Assembly (NCBI GenBank): GCA_041491545.1
Contig: JBGPVE010000002.1
Coordinates: 1 to 36,789, forward strand
Source: Gemmatimonadota bacterium
GTDB taxonomy: Bacteria > Gemmatimonadota > Gemmatimonadetes > Gemmatimonadales > GWC2-71-9
Direction: 5' to 3'
Length of the DNA stretch: 36,789 nucleotides
The notes beneath the pieces are model-generated. The model saw only the letters and a program-made list of their open reading frames with translations. It did no database searches and had not been told where the DNA came from. Of the stretch, positions 34,023 through 36,789 are shown one piece after another. The translations under genes and the position numbers were made by a program. Position 1 is the first letter of the stretch; the number at the start of each line of letters is the position of its first letter.

Positions 34023-34622
34023 ATGGTGGATGATCAGGAGATCAAGAGAGTCTGCGTGTTCTGCGGGTCCAGCAGCGGCGCCCGACCGGACTATCCCGCC
34101 GCCGCCAGGGCCATGGGCGAGGTGCTGGCCGGCGAGGGGCTCGAGGTGGTGTATGGGGGCTCGAGCGTAGGGCTGATGGGTGAGCTTGCCCGATCGGTCC
34201 TGGAGCACGGAGGCCATGTCTTCGGCGTCACCGTCTCGACCCTCAAGGACAAGGAACCGCCAGACACCGAGATCCCCGATCTCATCGTGGTCGGCTCCAT
34301 GCACCAGCGGAAATCGCAAATGGCCGACCTGTCCGACGCATTCATTGCGTTGCCCGGCGGCTTGGGCGCGTTGGAGCAGTTTCTCGAGATCGTGACATGG
34401 GAGCAACTCGGACTCCACACCAAGCCCTGCGGCATTCTCAATGTTGCGGGATACTTCGACGCGCTGAACGTGTTCCTGGATCACGCGGTGAAAGAAGGGT
34501 TCATTGCCGAGGAGCACCGCCAGATGATCTTGATCGACGACGACCCGCGGCGGCTCGTGCAGCGGCTCAAGGCTTACCGGGCTGGGGAGGGGGAGCAGTG
34601 GATCGGCCGGACGAACCGCTGA
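34023..34622 (+). CDS. LOG family protein (TIGR00730-type Rossmann fold, cytokinin riboside 5'-monophosphate phosphoribohydrolase-like)
   Basis: 199 aa. VCVFCGSS, VYGGSSVGLMGELA, MHQRK, and ALPGGLGALEQFLEIVTWEQLGLHTKPCGILNVAGYFD. Confidence 0.88.
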   Translation: MVDDQEIKRVCVFCGSSSGARPDYPAAARAMGEVLAGEGLEVVYGGSSVGLMGELARSVLEHGGHVFGVTVSTLKDKEPPDTEIPDLIVVGSMHQRKSQMADLSDAFIALPGGLGALEQFLEIVTWEQLGLHTKPCGILNVAGYFDALNVFLDHAVKEGFIAEEHRQMILIDDDPRRLVQRLKAYRAGEGEQWIGRTNR

Positions 34623-35484
34623 CCGGCGCCACGGCTGGGGCGGGATTCGCCACCGGAGCCGCTCTCGGAAACCGGCCGGCCAGACTCAGTATCGTGCCGA
34701 CTCGCAGCATGTGCTCTCGTTGGCGGCTCAGGCCGCTCGCCGCGACGATCGGATTCGGCACGTACGTGAAGGCCAGATAGGGGTTCAACATCGCGCCCGC
34801 CACCCGGAGCATCGGTCCCGCGCTTACCTCGAGGTGGGTGAAGCCGTCTCGAGTGTACGGGACAAAACCCACCACGGCCGTGTCCGCCGTCTGCTTCAAG
34901 CTGTAGCCCACACGGCCGCTCACGCTGAAGCCGACACCGCTCGCGATCGGCAGGAGTTGCCGAACCTCGCCCTCGAAGTAAGACCCGTTGATCCCGCCGA
35001 CATCGTAAGAGAACGTGAGCGACGGCGAGAACGGCACCCGCGGCAGCCCGACCGTACTCTGAAAGCTCACGGTATTGGCCGTCTTGGTGAGCCCGGTCGA
35101 ATTGGGATAGATCCTCCCCACGGCTCCGAAGGCAAACCGGACCGGCCCGTAGAGCTGGCTCAACATCAGCGACGGTCGGGCCTCGACCACGTTGGGCGAC
35201 TTGCCCCCCGGCGCCATGCTGAAATAGCGGCTCGTATCGAGCGACACCGGCTCCACCGTCGCTCCGATGCCGAAGCCGAACGACCCGCCGCCCAGCGGGA
35301 GGGCGATGGTCAGATTGGGCTGCAGAACCGGCTCTGAGGTGAGAATCACACCGCGGTCGACATACGCGCTGGCGAAGCCGACCCCAAAGCTCATATCGAT
35401 GACGAGCTGTGCCCGGACCGAGCCCGAGACCAGCGCAAGACCGCACCCAGCCAGTGTCAACGTTCGGCACAGCCCTCTTGGCAT
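34567..35484 (-). CDS. Putative outer-membrane beta-barrel protein (Gcw_chp/TorF-like pattern)
   Basis: Internal ATG (MPRGLCRTLTLAGCGLALVSGSVRAQ signal peptide) of ORF 34567..35601. SAYVDRGVILTSEPVLQPNLTIALPL and alternating beta-strand periodicity throughout. The Pro/Ala-rich 33-aa tail overlaps the LOG gene. Confidence 0.6.
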   Translation of the reverse strand: MPRGLCRTLTLAGCGLALVSGSVRAQLVIDMSFGVGFASAYVDRGVILTSEPVLQPNLTIALPLGGGSFGFGIGATVEPVSLDTSRYFSMAPGGKSPNVVEARPSLMLSQLYGPVRFAFGAVGRIYPNSTGLTKTANTVSFQSTVGLPRVPFSPSLTFSYDVGGINGSYFEGEVRQLLPIASGVGFSVSGRVGYSLKQTADTAVVGFVPYTRDGFTHLEVSAGPMLRVAGAMLNPYLAFTYVPNPIVAASGLSRQREHMLRVGTILSLAGRFPRAAPVANPAPAVAPVSGSSGRSTAPPPQPGKP

Positions 35485-35591
35485 AGCCTTCGTACTCCGG
35501 AGGATGAGTCGTGGCGCCGGCCTTTGAGCCCAGCGCTTGGAGTATCGGTGGGTAGTCGGCCGAGGTTGAGGACGGGCGGACGTCGCACCGG

Positions 35592-36500
35592 ATGGGGCCA
35601 ACCTATATTTCGCCCCCGATGAGATCGGTTCATACCCTGCTCCACGGCATCGTCGACTACGCCGGCCTCTTTCCGCCGGCCGGTTTGGGCATGGACGCCG
35701 CGGTCCGCCGCTTCGCCGAATATCGTTCGGCCGACACCAGTTGGGCGCTCGGTCGATTCGTGGTGCCAGCCGCCCGCCTCGCGGGGTTCGAGGCCGCCGC
35801 CAGGCCGCACCTGCAGACGGGCGGAGCGCCCTGGCAGCTCAGCGCGCTCCTGGGGCCCGACCTGGAGGCCAATCTCGCCGTGATCCGCGCGTTCAACGAT
35901 CGGCTCGCGGGTTCGGCGGTAGTCGATGCGGTCGAGCTCAAGGCCCAGTCGGGCGGCGCCATCGCGCAGGCGATCGAGACCATCGGGGGCCGCCTCGACG
36001 TCTACGTCGAGCTGCCTATCACCGAGGATCCGGGTCCCCTGATCGCGACCCTGGCGCGGCTGGGCGGCCGGGCCAAGGTCCGCACCGGCGGGGTGACGGC
36101 GGATGCGTTTCCGGCCGCCGCTGATCTCCTCCGCTTCATCCGGCGATGCGCTGAGGCGCGAGTCCCGTTCAAGGCCACCGCGGGTCTTCATCATCCGTTC
36201 CGCGCGAGCTATCGGCTCACCTACGCCTCCGACAGTCCGAGCGCCCCGATGTACGGGTTCCTGAACCTGTTCCTCACCGCCGCTCTCGTGAATCAAGGTG
36301 CCGCCGACGCCGCCGCGCTTGCACTCCTGACCGAGACCTTACCGGGCGAGTTCCGGTTCGAGAATGAGGCGGTCGCGTGGCGCGAGCATCGGCTGACTGA
36401 AGCCGAGCTTCGCCGCACGCGGGACCAACTCGCCATCGCATTCGGATCGTGCTCCTTCCAGGAGCCGATCGACGACCTTCGCGCACTGGGCCTCCTGTGA
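35592..36500 (+). CDS. Conserved-looking hypothetical protein (302 aa), no family recognised
   Basis: Good G/C-ending codon bias. LLHGIVDYAGLFPPAGL near the N-terminus (alternative start ATG 35619). The stop overlaps the GTG start of the downstream fumarylacetoacetase gene (GTGA). Confidence 0.7.
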   Translation: MGPTYISPPMRSVHTLLHGIVDYAGLFPPAGLGMDAAVRRFAEYRSADTSWALGRFVVPAARLAGFEAAARPHLQTGGAPWQLSALLGPDLEANLAVIRAFNDRLAGSAVVDAVELKAQSGGAIAQAIETIGGRLDVYVELPITEDPGPLIATLARLGGRAKVRTGGVTADAFPAAADLLRFIRRCAEARVPFKATAGLHHPFRASYRLTYASDSPSAPMYGFLNLFLTAALVNQGAADAAALALLTETLPGEFRFENEAVAWREHRLTEAELRRTRDQLAIAFGSCSFQEPIDDLRALGLL

Positions 36501-36789
36501 CCATCCCGCTCGATGAGACCCACGACCCGAACCGCCGGAGCTGGGTGGCATCGGCCAATGGCCATCCCGAGTTCCCCATTCAGAATCTTCCGTTCGGCGT
36601 CGTTCGCCGGCGGGAGAGCGCGGATGCTCCGAGCATCGGCATAGCGATCGGCGATCAGGTGCTGGACCTGGAAGCATGCGTGCGGCGCGATCTGTTCGAG
36701 GGCCCGGCGGAACGCGCGGCGCGATCGTGTGTCGCGCCGGCGCTCAACGGGCTCATGGCCCTCGGCCGGCCCTACTGGTCGGCGCTGCG
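36497..36789 (+). CDS. fahA: Fumarylacetoacetase, N-terminal fragment (continues beyond window end)
   Basis: Not in the ORF track (no stop in window). My translation from GTG 36497 reads VTIPLDETHDPNRRSWVASANGHPEFPIQNLPFGVVRRRESADAPSIGIAIGDQVLDLEAC... This matches the SWV..AN...FPIQNLPFGVF...IGVAIGD N-terminal pattern of fumarylacetoacetases. Confidence 0.8.
   Translation, partial: MTIPLDETHDPNRRSWVASANGHPEFPIQNLPFGVVRRRESADAPSIGIAIGDQVLDLEACVRRDLFEGPAERAARSCVAPALNGLMALGRPYWSAL

Overview
High-G+C (about 70% by eye), densely coding bacterial chromosomal segment. I recognised no rRNA, tRNA, CRISPR array, transposase or integrase. The taxon cannot be determined from the sequence alone.

**1-9.8 kb, housekeeping.** A partial FNR-type flavoprotein, a PduO-type cobalamin adenosyltransferase and aroB. 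Then a ~297-aa sigma-70 family factor with its own promoter-like and terminator-like signals. Then a six-gene translationally coupled operon: Lon-N domain protein, glcD-glcE-glcF glycolate oxidase, a HAD hydrolase and a YgfZ-type folate-binding protein.

**9.8-15 kb.** A tiny Met/His-rich lipoprotein. A ChlI-like AAA+ ATPase and a CoxE-type vWA protein, split by an opposite-strand MFS transporter plus cytidylate-kinase-like pair.

**15.1-28 kb, the region worth attention.**
- An exported TPR-like/CHAT protease with a tightly coupled unknown 267-aa protein.
- A convergent ECF-type sigma / anti-sigma-like pair.
- Divergent from the sigma gene, an SD-led operon: unknown 253-aa protein, unknown 91-aa protein, stand-alone C14 caspase, 1137-aa signal-less Asp-box propeller protein, a 2-TM protein and a secreted CarboxypepD_reg-like protein.
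- The operon ends in a lower-G+C tail and an apparently frameshifted gene remnant.
- I interpret this as a candidate uncharacterised dual caspase-fold protease signalling, conflict or cell-death module under private ECF control. That is inference from domain content and gene order only.

**28-36.8 kb, ordinary genes.** M48 metallopeptidase lipoprotein, GT2 glycosyltransferase, oligopeptidase B, aldo/keto reductase, LOG-family protein, a Gcw_chp-like beta-barrel, an unknown protein coupled to a partial fumarylacetoacetase.

Many long ORFs in the six-frame track are antisense or out-of-frame shadows typical of high-G+C DNA and were discarded.
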